Positions 18,420 to 27,616 of a stretch of 64,000 bases of DNA are shown here, piece by piece. Positions within the stretch are counted from its first letter, which is position 1; each line of letters starts with the position of its first letter. The notes beneath the pieces were generated by a model. The model saw only the letters and a program-made list of their open reading frames with translations, was not told the DNA's origin and ran no database searches. Both the position numbers and the translations under genes were made by a program. This DNA comes from Desulfobacterales bacterium (GTDB lineage: Bacteria; Desulfobacterota; Desulfobacteria; Desulfobacterales; JAHEIW01), in NCBI GenBank assembly GCA_050122475.1, contig JASFIV010000002.1, positions 129 to 64,128 of the forward strand, written 5' to 3'.

Positions 18420-19772
18420 ATGCAAACTGATCGCAACAAAATATTATTAGACAGTATTAAACGGCTTTTGAGGCGCAGAGCCACGACGCACCTCAGCAAT
18501 ATTGTCTCCAAGACCCATGCGGCCGATCTATCGGTTGTTTTCCGTTCGCTATCTGTTTCTCAACAGCACGAGTTATTCAGTTTGATCTCCGATGTCGAGC
18601 AAAAGGGGATTTTATTCAGTGAACTGGACGTCGATACCTTCTTAGACCTCGTTGAAGGAATTCAACTGGATGACCTCGTTGAAGTCTTTGAGCAGATGCC
18701 CAACGACGATGTGGCCGATTTGCTGGAGCGATTGCCTGAAGAACAAGCCGACGCCATCCTGGAAAAAATGAAAAAGGATGAGTCGGACGAAGTCGAAGAT
18801 CTGCTGCGATATGAGAATGATACCGCCGGCGGCATTATGGTAGCTGATTTTATCGCCCTGGCCGAGGATACAACCGCCAAAGAAGCCATCGAAGCACTGC
18901 AAAAGGAATATTCTGATGTTGAGATGCCTTTCTACCTCTATGTCGTCGATGATTATGGCAAACTGGTCGGCGTAAGTTCCTTGCGCCAACTGGTGCTGGT
19001 GCGACCTGAATCACCCCTTAAAGAGTTTATGACCACCGACGTATTTTCTGTTCAGACTGATATGGATCAGGAGGAAGTTGCCAAAATTGTTGCCCGCTAT
19101 GACATTTTAGCGGTGCCGGTTGTTGACGATACCAACCGGCTGGTGGGTATCGTAACGGTTGATGACGTCATCGACATTTTTCGACGCGAAGCGACTGAGG
19201 ACATATTGAAAATGGCCGGTGTCGGTGAAGAATTCGTCGAAACAAAATCTGTTTTGAAAAGTACGCGAATTCGCTTGCCCTGGCTTTTTGCCAGTTGTCT
19301 GGGCGGTATTGTTGCCTTTTTTATTATCGGTAAATTTGAAGGCTCTTTGGCCAAGATTGCAACACTGGCGGCCTTTATCCCCGTCATTATGGGCATGGGA
19401 GGCAATATCGGCACCCAGTCCTCCACCATTGTTGTCCGGGGTATGGCTACTGGTCGAATCGATATTCGGGACTTTTGGTCTGTCCTTCTGAAGGAATTGA
19501 CGATCGGGCTTATTTTAGGCGTTATCTATGGCCTGCTCATCGGCAGTGTTGCCCAGATACGATATAGCATGGGCGCATTGGCCATTTCAGTAGGTCTGGC
19601 GGTCATCAGTTCCATGTCAATCGCCGCCTTGGTCGGTTCAATGGTTCCCATGGCTTTTGCGCGTATTCATATTGACCCGGCTGTCGCTACCGGACCTTTT
19701 GTAACGACCGCCATCGATATCATCAGCGTTACTTTTTATTTCATGATTGCCACCGCACTTTTGGGTCTCTGA
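18420..19772 (+). CDS. mgtE: Magnesium transporter MgtE
   Basis: 450 aa with an MgtE N-domain, tandem CBS region (VVDDYGKLVGVSSLRQL, VVDDTNRLVGIVTVDDV) and a C-terminal 5-TM channel. Confidence 0.93.
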   Translation: MQTDRNKILLDSIKRLLRRRATTHLSNIVSKTHAADLSVVFRSLSVSQQHELFSLISDVEQKGILFSELDVDTFLDLVEGIQLDDLVEVFEQMPNDDVADLLERLPEEQADAILEKMKKDESDEVEDLLRYENDTAGGIMVADFIALAEDTTAKEAIEALQKEYSDVEMPFYLYVVDDYGKLVGVSSLRQLVLVRPESPLKEFMTTDVFSVQTDMDQEEVAKIVARYDILAVPVVDDTNRLVGIVTVDDVIDIFRREATEDILKMAGVGEEFVETKSVLKSTRIRLPWLFASCLGGIVAFFIIGKFEGSLAKIATLAAFIPVIMGMGGNIGTQSSTIVVRGMATGRIDIRDFWSVLLKELTIGLILGVIYGLLIGSVAQIRYSMGALAISVGLAVISSMSIAALVGSMVPMAFARIHIDPAVATGPFVTTAIDIISVTFYFMIATALLGL

Positions 19773-19776
19773 TTGA

Positions 19777-20541
19777 ATGTCTGATTTTTCCACGCCTGCC
19801 ATTTTGCTCCGCAGACTTGATTACGGGGATTACGATCTCATTCTTACCTTTCTGTCCCTGCAGCGCGGCAAAATATCGTTAATTGCAAAATCTGCCAAAA
19901 AAAGTACAAAACGATTTGCAGGCACTTTGGAGCTTTTTTCGCTCATCGAGGTCGTCGGCAGCACGGGCAAGCGGCGTGGTCTGCCCGTGTTAAAAGAAGC
20001 GACCCTTAAATCCCCCTATAGTGCGATCCGCAACGATATTAAAAAGACTGCCTATGCCAGTTATTGGTGCGAGTTAATTTACAACTGGCTTGAAGAGAAC
20101 CAGGAACAGTCTCAAATTTACTATTTATTAAAATATGTCCTCGGTGAGCTTGACAGCGGTGCCTTAACCTCCGCCGAATTAAGCATCTTGTTTCAAATGC
20201 AGCTGCTTTATCTGTCCGGTCATCGCCCGAATCTGTCGGAATGCGCAAACTGCCGCAAAAACCTTGAAACGATCGATGCGCAACACGTCGTCTTTGATGT
20301 TACCAGAGGGGCAATCCTGTGCCAGGGCTGTATTTCAGGCTCGGGTGGACGCTTACGGCTTTCAAAAGGAACGATTAAACATCTCATCTGGTTTGAAAGC
20401 GGGGACCTTAAAAAGGCCTCCAGGGTCAGATTCGGGACCCAGGCTCTAAAAGAAAGCCTCACATTACTGGAGGCCTTTGTGCCTTACATCCTGGGGATAC
20501 AACCCAAAAGTCTTAAATTTTTGAAAGAAATTCGAAAATAA
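19777..20541 (+). CDS. recO: DNA repair protein RecO
   Basis: 254 aa with an OB-fold-like N-terminus and zinc-finger CANC...CQGC, typical of RecO. Confidence 0.88.
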   Translation: MSDFSTPAILLRRLDYGDYDLILTFLSLQRGKISLIAKSAKKSTKRFAGTLELFSLIEVVGSTGKRRGLPVLKEATLKSPYSAIRNDIKKTAYASYWCELIYNWLEENQEQSQIYYLLKYVLGELDSGALTSAELSILFQMQLLYLSGHRPNLSECANCRKNLETIDAQHVVFDVTRGAILCQGCISGSGGRLRLSKGTIKHLIWFESGDLKKASRVRFGTQALKESLTLLEAFVPYILGIQPKSLKFLKEIRK

Positions 20542-20543
20542 AT

Positions 20544-20669
20544 CGATTGCGGATTGCGGATTGTGGATTTCGGATTGAAAGGCATAAAAAATAACCACGA
20601 AAACACGAAATTGAAAAAGCACGAAATTTTATTTTCTAATTCCTTTTTCGTGTTTTAGGGCTTTCGTGG
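20544..20669. repeat. Heptad-word spacer: (CGGATTG)x4, then a CACGAAA / TTCGTG hairpin
   Basis: CGATTGCGGATTGCGGATTGTGGATTTCGGATTG at 20544-20577. CCACGAAAACACGAAATTGAAAAAGCACGAAA (20595-20626) faces TTCGTGTTTTAGGGCTTTCGTGG (20647-20669). Confidence 0.75.
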
Positions 20670-20684
20670 TGAATAAATTCACTC

Positions 20685-21743
20685 ATGTCGAACAAATTCA
20701 AACAAGTTCTTGAAAACAAACCCATTGAAGCATCGGCGCCCTGCCGGGTCGATATGGGCGGCACCCTGGATATCCGTACCTTTTATTATCCCCTGCGGCA
20801 TTTGTCACCCTGCACCTTTAATATTGCCATGGGGCTCAGAACCCGGGTGCAGTTGATGCCGTATCATAAAGACCGCATCAAAATCTCTTCGAAAGGCTTT
20901 AAAAGTGCGGAATTTTCCATCGATCGGGTACCTTTTACGCATCCATTGGGTCTGATGTTTGCCGCCGGGGTATATTTTAATGCCAAAAATGTCCATATTC
21001 GAATCGAATCCGAATCGCCTCCGCGAAGTGCCCTGGGCGGCTCATCAGCAGCCTTGGTGGCACTGGTCGCCTCTCTTTCAAAGTTATCCCACCAGGCAGC
21101 TTCAACACAACCACTGACGCGTCCAGAAATGGCTATCCTGGCGCAGGGACTTGAGGAAACGGTTGCTGGGGTACCCTGTGGCTTTCAGGATCAGCTGGCA
21201 GCGATTTACGGGGGTGTCAATTTATGGAAATGGCCACAACGCATTAAGAGTCCTCAATTCCGGAAAAAAGTGATCGTGCCCAAAAGGCGGCATAAACATT
21301 TTGAAAAACACTTGCTGGTGGCCTACTGTGGGAAACCACATGTTTCCAAGGATATTAACGGACGTTGGGTGCAGCAATTTCTTAAGGGCAAATTTCGACA
21401 TCTTTGGGCCGACATCATTACATGTACCCGACAATTTGTTTCGGCAGTAGCAGATCGACATTATACACTGGCCGGTGAATTAATGAATAGGGAAACCGTT
21501 CTGCGTCAGAAAATGACGCCGGATGTTCTGGATGAGATCGGTATACAATTGGCCAGATCCGCGCGGACGCACAAATGCGGGGCCCGATTTACAGGTGCCG
21601 GAGGCGGGGGATGTATCTGGGCCCTGGGTGAAATTGAAAATATTGACAGATTAAGATCATTGTGGGAAGAGATACTTTCATCTAAAAATCAGGCCCGACT
21701 GCTGGATATCAATATCGATTCACAGGGGCTGAGCGTACACTAA
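20685..21743 (+). CDS. GHMP-family sugar kinase (HddA/fucokinase-like, COG2605-type)
   Basis: 352 aa with GHMP motif PPRSALGGSSAALVALV and GFQDQLAAIYGG, typical of the heptose/fucose kinase branch. The substrate is unknown. Confidence 0.75.
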   Translation: MSNKFKQVLENKPIEASAPCRVDMGGTLDIRTFYYPLRHLSPCTFNIAMGLRTRVQLMPYHKDRIKISSKGFKSAEFSIDRVPFTHPLGLMFAAGVYFNAKNVHIRIESESPPRSALGGSSAALVALVASLSKLSHQAASTQPLTRPEMAILAQGLEETVAGVPCGFQDQLAAIYGGVNLWKWPQRIKSPQFRKKVIVPKRRHKHFEKHLLVAYCGKPHVSKDINGRWVQQFLKGKFRHLWADIITCTRQFVSAVADRHYTLAGELMNRETVLRQKMTPDVLDEIGIQLARSARTHKCGARFTGAGGGGCIWALGEIENIDRLRSLWEEILSSKNQARLLDINIDSQGLSVH

Positions 21744-21746
21744 AAT

Positions 21747-21822
21747 GTTCGTGTTTGGTATTTAGTGTTTCGTGTTTTGTAATTGCCAATGCATCGAACC
21801 AAACACCAAACACAAAACCGAA
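21747..21822. repeat. Word hairpin (GTTTCGTGTTT / AAACACCAAAC)
   Basis: GTTCGTGTTTGGTATTTAGTGTTTCGTGTTTTG pairs with CGAACCAAACACCAAACACAAAACCGAA. It overlaps the spurious N-terminal extension of the glyQ ORF. Confidence 0.7.
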
Positions 21823-21831
21823 GGGAAAAAA

Positions 21832-22701
21832 ATGTACTTTCAGGATGTCATTGCAGAACTGAACAAATTCTGGGCCCGCAAGGGCTGTGTGATGGTGCAA
21901 CCTTATGATCTGGAAGTTGGCGCCGGAACATTTCATCATGCCACAACCTTAAAGGCACTCGGTCCAGAGCCCTGGAATGTCGCCTATGTCCAGCCTTCCC
22001 GGCGCCCGACCGACGGTCGTTACGGCGATAATCCCAATCGACTGCAGCATTATTATCAGTATCAGGTGCTCTTGAAACCATCGCCTTTCGATGTGCAGAA
22101 GCAATACCTTCAGAGCATGAAGGCATTGGGCATCGATCCGTTGGATCATGATATCCGTTTTGTGGAAGATGATTGGGAATCACCCACCCTAGGCGCTTCC
22201 GGTCTGGGCTGGGAAGTGTGGCTGGATGGCATGGAGATCACCCAGTTTACCTATTTTCAGATGGCCGGCAGTAAAGAATTGCACCCGATCCCCGTTGAAC
22301 TGACATACGGTTTAGAAAGAATTGCGATGTATCTTCAAGGTGTAGACAATGTTTATGATCTGCAATGGAATGCAGACATCAAATACGGTGATGTGCATCA
22401 TCAGCAGGAAGTCGAGCAATCGACCTATAATTTTGAAAAAGCCGATATACCCATTTTATTTGATTTATTTAAAAAATATGAAGCGGAATCCAAGCAGCAA
22501 ATTGACGACAGGCTTGTTTTGCCGGCCTACGAATATTGCTTGAAATGTTCCCATACGTTTAATCTTCTCGATGCCCGCGGAGCCATCAGTGTGACGGAAA
22601 GGACTGGCTATATCGGGCGAATAAGAAACCTTGCGCGTGCCAGCGCAGAAGCCTATTTGAGGCAGCGCGAAGATATGGGCTATCCGTTGCTCAAAAAATA
22701 A
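21832..22701 (+). CDS. glyQ: Glycine--tRNA ligase alpha subunit
   Basis: ORF 21772-22701, with the start set at M21 ([19 protein letters not shown]). There is strong GlyQ-like sequence ([52 protein letters not shown]). Confidence 0.95.
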   Translation: MYFQDVIAELNKFWARKGCVMVQPYDLEVGAGTFHHATTLKALGPEPWNVAYVQPSRRPTDGRYGDNPNRLQHYYQYQVLLKPSPFDVQKQYLQSMKALGIDPLDHDIRFVEDDWESPTLGASGLGWEVWLDGMEITQFTYFQMAGSKELHPIPVELTYGLERIAMYLQGVDNVYDLQWNADIKYGDVHHQQEVEQSTYNFEKADIPILFDLFKKYEAESKQQIDDRLVLPAYEYCLKCSHTFNLLDARGAISVTERTGYIGRIRNLARASAEAYLRQREDMGYPLLKK

Positions 22702-22841
22702 GGTTCAGCGGTTCAGAGTTTAAGGTTCTGGGTTCGGCGTTTTTGACCGTTGGCTTCTCGCTCCTGGCAGATGGCCAGCAAGAAGCCAATAATCGGCAGC
22801 CAGCAACCTCTGAACCTTTGAATGTTGAACCTTTGAACCCG
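22702..22841. repeat. Nested word hairpin (GGTTCAG / CTGAACC outer, GGCTTCT / AGAAGCC inner) between glyQ and glyS
   Basis: Outer arms are GGTTCAGCGGTTCAGAGTTTAAGGTTCTGGGTTCGG and CCTCTGAACCTTTGAATGTTGAACCTTTGAACCCG. Inner arms are TTGGCTTCTCGCTCCTGGCA and GGCCAGCAAGAAGCCAA. Confidence 0.75.
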
Positions 22842-22855
22842 AAATAGAGGAAATT

Positions 22856-24967
22856 ATGGAAACGTTATTACTTGAGATTGGAACTGAGGAAATCCCTGCA
22901 GGTTATATCAAACCGGCCTTAGAAGCGCTGGCGGCAACATTGCAGAAAAAAATGACCGAAGCCCGGGTTGAGCACGGTTCAGCAAAAATATACGGAACCC
23001 CCCGCCGACTTACTATTCGAATTGAAAACGTTGCCGTCAAACAGCGACCACTGAAGACCGAATTGACCGGTCCACCGGTGAAGGTCGGGTTGGATGCGTC
23101 CGGCAAGCCGACGATGGCCGCCAAAAAATTTGCCGAGAAAGCAGGCGTTAAAATTGCGCAGTTGAGTGTCAAAGAAACCAAGAAAGGGGCTTATTTATGC
23201 GCGGTAAAAAAAGAACGGGGCCAGGCAACACGAACCCTGCTTAAAGATATCCTGCCGAAGGCAATACTGGCCACACCGTTTCCCAAGACCATGCGCTGGG
23301 CGGATCAGGACATCAGTTTTGCCAGGCCAATTCATTCCTGCCTGGCCTTATTGGGCTCTAAGATTATTTCTTTCAAACTGGGAAACGTAAATGCCAATCG
23401 TTACACCAACGGGCATTATTTCATGAATCCTGCCAGAATCAAAATTGATTCAGCCGATGATTATATCCGCCGCTTGAAAGGTGCCCAGGTAATTGTTGAT
23501 CTGGATGAGCGTCGCAAAGCCGTTGAAAGCGAGATCACTGCTGCGGCAAAGAAAGTCGGCGGCAGTATCTTGCCCGACAAGGAATTAGTGGACATCGTCA
23601 CTAATCTGGTGGAATATCCGGTGGCCGTGGCCGGTGAGTTCGATAAGGAATTTCTGGAACTTCCCGATGAGGTCCTGATTACCGCCATGCGCGAACACCA
23701 GAAATATTTTGCAGTTATCAATAAGTCCCGCAAGCTGTTGCCTTATTTTATCGCTGTTAACAACACCAAAGCCCGCGATATGAAACTGGTGGCCAAAGGT
23801 CATGAACGCGTGCTGCGTGCACGCCTGGCCGATGCCCAGTTTTTTTACGAGGGTGACCTGGAGGTTTCGAATAATCAGCGGGTCGAAAAACTAAAAGGCG
23901 TTTTATTCCAAGCCCAGCTGGGCACGATGTATGAGAAAGCCCAGCGTGTCGCCAAAATCGGTAAATTCATCGCAAAAACAGTGGATGTCGGACTGACATA
24001 CGAAAAGCAGGAAAACGGGCTCAAAGCCCAGGTGGCTCGGGCTGCAAAACTGTGTAAGGCAGATCTGGTTAGCCAGGTGGTCGGGGAATTCCCCAGACTA
24101 CAGGGTGTTATGGGCAGAGTATATGCGACTATTGCCCGCGAGTTGCCCACGGTATCAGCTGCCATAGAGGAACATTATCGCCCCAACTATTCCGGCGGTC
24201 CGCTGCCGAAAACCATAACCGGTTCTATTCTCAGTATCGCTGATAAAATTGATTCTATCTGTGGATGTTTCAGTGCGGGACTCACGCCCACCGGTGCCTC
24301 CGATCCTTACGCGTTAAGGCGTCAGGGAATCGGAATCATTCAAATCATGAACGACAAGGGATTTTCTCTCTCTCTCAGAAAACTGATCAAAAAAAGCCTG
24401 AGCCAATTCGAATTAAAGGATTCGGATACACTGAAAACACTCACGCGCAAGGTCTATATCTTTTTTCAAAACCGCATCATCCAACTGCTGGCCGATCAAG
24501 GATATGCAAAGGATACCATTGCTGCGGTTGTTGAGGTATCCGTCGACAATGTCCCCAATTTATGGAGCCGTTTGGAGGCCCTTGAATCGCTCAAGGCCAA
24601 GCCGGATTTTGAGCCCCTGGCGGTCGCCTTTAAGCGGGCGGTCAATATTTTAAAGAAATCAGGTAAACTGCAGGGTAGGCCCAGACCCGGTGAATTGAAA
24701 GAAAATCTATTTGCGCATGAAAGCGAAGCAGCACTATTTGCAGCTTATCAGAAAGTTGAAAAAAAGGTGTCAGATGCCATACAAAAGGGCCTTTATGAAA
24801 AAGCGCTGCAGGATATTGCCACTTTGCGCGGTCCGGTAGATGCTTTTTTTGACGGCGTGATGGTTCTGGCCGATGATAAAAGCGTTCGTCGTAACCGCCT
24901 GTCCCTGCTTGAACATATCGCCGCGCTTTTCGGTCAGATTGCCGACTTTTCAAAGCTATCGACCTGA
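22856..24967 (+). CDS. glyS: Glycine--tRNA ligase beta subunit
   Basis: 703 aa. The N-terminus LLEIGTEEIPAGY and overall layout are typical of GlyS, and it follows glyQ. Confidence 0.95.
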   Translation: METLLLEIGTEEIPAGYIKPALEALAATLQKKMTEARVEHGSAKIYGTPRRLTIRIENVAVKQRPLKTELTGPPVKVGLDASGKPTMAAKKFAEKAGVKIAQLSVKETKKGAYLCAVKKERGQATRTLLKDILPKAILATPFPKTMRWADQDISFARPIHSCLALLGSKIISFKLGNVNANRYTNGHYFMNPARIKIDSADDYIRRLKGAQVIVDLDERRKAVESEITAAAKKVGGSILPDKELVDIVTNLVEYPVAVAGEFDKEFLELPDEVLITAMREHQKYFAVINKSRKLLPYFIAVNNTKARDMKLVAKGHERVLRARLADAQFFYEGDLEVSNNQRVEKLKGVLFQAQLGTMYEKAQRVAKIGKFIAKTVDVGLTYEKQENGLKAQVARAAKLCKADLVSQVVGEFPRLQGVMGRVYATIARELPTVSAAIEEHYRPNYSGGPLPKTITGSILSIADKIDSICGCFSAGLTPTGASDPYALRRQGIGIIQIMNDKGFSLSLRKLIKKSLSQFELKDSDTLKTLTRKVYIFFQNRIIQLLADQGYAKDTIAAVVEVSVDNVPNLWSRLEALESLKAKPDFEPLAVAFKRAVNILKKSGKLQGRPRPGELKENLFAHESEAALFAAYQKVEKKVSDAIQKGLYEKALQDIATLRGPVDAFFDGVMVLADDKSVRRNRLSLLEHIAALFGQIADFSKLST

Positions 24968-25076
24968 TGGCAGCCATGATAATATTCAATGCACCGGCGT
25001 CCTGCCTGCAGAATTGCTGCGGGCAGCTGTGCTATGCTCTGATGTTATCGGCGGTGTGAACCATCAAGAATTGATG

Positions 25077-25622
25077 TTATTCCGGCAGGGAATAGATTGG
25101 GGGTAAATAATCATGCTCTTTCTTTATTTCTGCGACGATCTTGTCGATATCCGCCACCTTCCATTCACCATCCTCACTAAATGGTTGCAGTCCTTCAAGA
25201 TTTAAGGCAGAGGCGATCATTGTCAGGTTGGCGCCGACGCGGTGCATGTCCCTGACGATTTGTAAAAGCTTTTCTTTCTGGGGATGATTGTGCCACGGGT
25301 GCTTTTTAGCGATCAATATCACGTTCGGACTTTTGCGGGCGCGCGGTTGCTGTTCAGCGGCAACTTTATCGATTTTCTGTACAACCCCTCTGAGATCGTT
25401 GGCGATGTCATGCAGCTGCTGGGCCATTAATTTCTGTCGGGAGTGATGTTCCTTAAGTTCCTGCCTGGCCGCCAGCAATTCCGCAATTGCCCGCTCAATG
25501 ATTTTGCTCTGAGTTTCTCCGGTCTTTTTCCTTCTTGTGTCCAGTTGGCGCTTCAAGACCGCCGACAACTTGATCGTAATCGATTTTTGTTCCTTTTCAA
25601 ATTGTTTCTCTTTCGGATTCAT
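25077..25622 (-). CDS. Putative DNA-binding protein: N-terminal ribbon-helix-helix (CopG-like), C-terminal resolvase-type HTH-like segment
   Basis: 181 aa. ITIKLSAVLKRQLDTRRKKTGETQSKIIERAIAELL fits an RHH strand-helix-helix. The C-terminal MIASALNLEGLQPFSEDGEWKVADIDKIV resembles recombinase-type HTH segments. The upstream region is AT-rich. Confidence 0.55.
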   Translation of the reverse strand: MNPKEKQFEKEQKSITIKLSAVLKRQLDTRRKKTGETQSKIIERAIAELLAARQELKEHHSRQKLMAQQLHDIANDLRGVVQKIDKVAAEQQPRARKSPNVILIAKKHPWHNHPQKEKLLQIVRDMHRVGANLTMIASALNLEGLQPFSEDGEWKVADIDKIVAEIKKEHDYLPPIYSLPE

Positions 25623-25871
25623 GGCTTTATGGCTGTCTTTTATCCATTAGTTGATAAATGAACTGTTCAACAAGATAGTTATGAATTATTAAAATTGATG
25701 TCAATATAAAATTATCAGAAATATCAATTAGTTATTAATTTTCGGCTAAGATATTGTATCGCAATTTATTTTTTGAACCCTATCCAGTTACTCATTATCG
25801 AATCGCAAAGCATGGAATTTGACCCACCTCCCATGAGTTACGCCCTTACAACTCAATAGAATAGCCGTTAT

Positions 25872-27428
25872 TCAGGTTTGTGTGATGACAGAAGCTGCCA
25901 GTGCTCCCGGGCCGCAGGTGATGCCGCCGCCCGGGTGGGAACCGCTGCCGCACAGATACAACCCATTGATGGGGGTATGATAGCGGGCGCATTCCGGGGT
26001 TGGTCTTAAGATCAACTGATCCAGGGCGTGCTCGCCGTGCAGGATATGTCCTTGCACTAGACCGTAGCGCTCTGCCAGATCTAACGGCGTCAATACTTCC
26101 CGGGCTACAATTGCATCGCTCAGGCCGGGCGCATACGGCTCCAATGTACTGACGACCGTATTCCCCAGATTTTCAATCTGGTTCCGGTCCCAGCGCGCTT
26201 GCAACCTATAGGGCACAAAATGCACCAGAATCGACACCACGCTGTGCCCCGGTGGAGACAGATCCGGATTTGACGCGGTGGGGATATGGATATCGAGGAT
26301 GGGTTCCTTTAAAAACTGGCCGTACTTGCAGGCGTCAAAAGCCTTTTCGATGTGGTCCAGGTGGTGACCCGTTCGGGCAAAGGCAATTTTTTCGCCCGAA
26401 CGGCCATTAAATTCGATCGAGGTATTTAGCGCCAGGTTCACCTTGGCGGTTGTTCCGGCTCCGCGTATATGCTGCATGCGTTGTTCCTGCCAGTTTGCAA
26501 CCTGCTTTCCCGGCACCAGATCCAGAAACGTGTGCCGGGGGTCGCAGGATGCCGCCACGATAGCGGACTGAATCGGCTCGCCGTCTTTCAACACCACCCC
26601 TTTGACCTGCTCTTTGTCAATCCGTATTTCACTGACTTCCGAATCGGTTCGAATCTCAACTCCCTGGGACAGAACCGCTTTTTCAAGCGCAGCAATCAGC
26701 GAGCGTGGGCCGCTTTTAAGCCTGTATTTTGCGGTGCACTCCCACACCAGCAGGTTAAAGGCAGAACCGGGACTCCAGGGGCCGGCAAAATTGCCGCTTA
26801 AACCGGTACCGGCCAATGCAGCCTTTAGACGATTATTGTCAAACCATTCGTTAAGCCAGTCGGCAACACACATGGGGGCAATGCGCATCAAATCCAGCAT
26901 GGTGGACTTGCCTAGACGCCGCAGCGCAAAACCGGTTGTAAATAGATCCCATAGCGTGCGCCCATTCGGTGAATCGGTCGCCGGCGGAAGCTGATTGAAA
27001 ATGCGATTGACCACACCGGCAACGCGCCTGATAAATTTGTAGTATTGACGATATTGCTTGGCGTCTTCAGGTGAGTAAAAATGGATTTCTTTGGCGCTGC
27101 GGCGCTCTTTATGACTCAGAAGCATGCCCCGGTCTTCAGGATCCAATGCCAGAAAGGATGGCCTTCCCGGGCGGATTTCCAGGCCGTGTGACTTTAAATC
27201 AAGGCTCCTGACAACCTGGGCTCGAACCTGGCCGCTATCGTGCAAAACACCAGCTGTGTGATATCCGGGGTGAAATTCCTCACCGGCTGCCAGGCCTCCA
27301 ATAGTACTGCGCCGCTCTAATACCAGGACTTTACGGCCCTGTTTAGCCAGCAGCGCAGCAGCGGTCAAACCGTTATGTCCGGCACCAATTACTACCACGT
27401 CGTATGTGTTGTTTGTAGCTGTTTCCAT
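25872..27428 (-). CDS. FAD-dependent oxidoreductase, phytoene-desaturase (CrtI)/amine-oxidase-like, paralog 2
   Basis: 518 aa with an N-terminal dinucleotide fold YDVVVIGAGHNGLTAAALLAKQGRKVLVLERRSTIGG and a C-terminal LYLCGSGSHPGGGI motif of the COG1233 family. Confidence 0.85.
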   Translation of the reverse strand: METATNNTYDVVVIGAGHNGLTAAALLAKQGRKVLVLERRSTIGGLAAGEEFHPGYHTAGVLHDSGQVRAQVVRSLDLKSHGLEIRPGRPSFLALDPEDRGMLLSHKERRSAKEIHFYSPEDAKQYRQYYKFIRRVAGVVNRIFNQLPPATDSPNGRTLWDLFTTGFALRRLGKSTMLDLMRIAPMCVADWLNEWFDNNRLKAALAGTGLSGNFAGPWSPGSAFNLLVWECTAKYRLKSGPRSLIAALEKAVLSQGVEIRTDSEVSEIRIDKEQVKGVVLKDGEPIQSAIVAASCDPRHTFLDLVPGKQVANWQEQRMQHIRGAGTTAKVNLALNTSIEFNGRSGEKIAFARTGHHLDHIEKAFDACKYGQFLKEPILDIHIPTASNPDLSPPGHSVVSILVHFVPYRLQARWDRNQIENLGNTVVSTLEPYAPGLSDAIVAREVLTPLDLAERYGLVQGHILHGEHALDQLILRPTPECARYHTPINGLYLCGSGSHPGGGITCGPGALAASVITQT

Positions 27429-27616
27429 GCTTCAGTTGTATCTACTAAAAGGGTAAGACCATCGGTTCAATTGGTTTGGTTCAAATCAACCAATTCAGCC
27501 AATGAAACAAATAATACGAATTTAACAAGTTGTTGTACTTTGGCACCTGCCACCCGACACTTTTACTGTTACCTAATAACTAATAACCAATAACCCCTGC
27601 TAAAATCCTGATCCCC

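Noticed and set aside
20544-20669. Possibility that the short tandem words here, and at 40586-40635 and 59020-59170, are CRISPR arrays.
   Set aside because: The period is about 7 nt with no unique spacers of 25-40 nt, the repeats are degenerate, and no cas genes are present.
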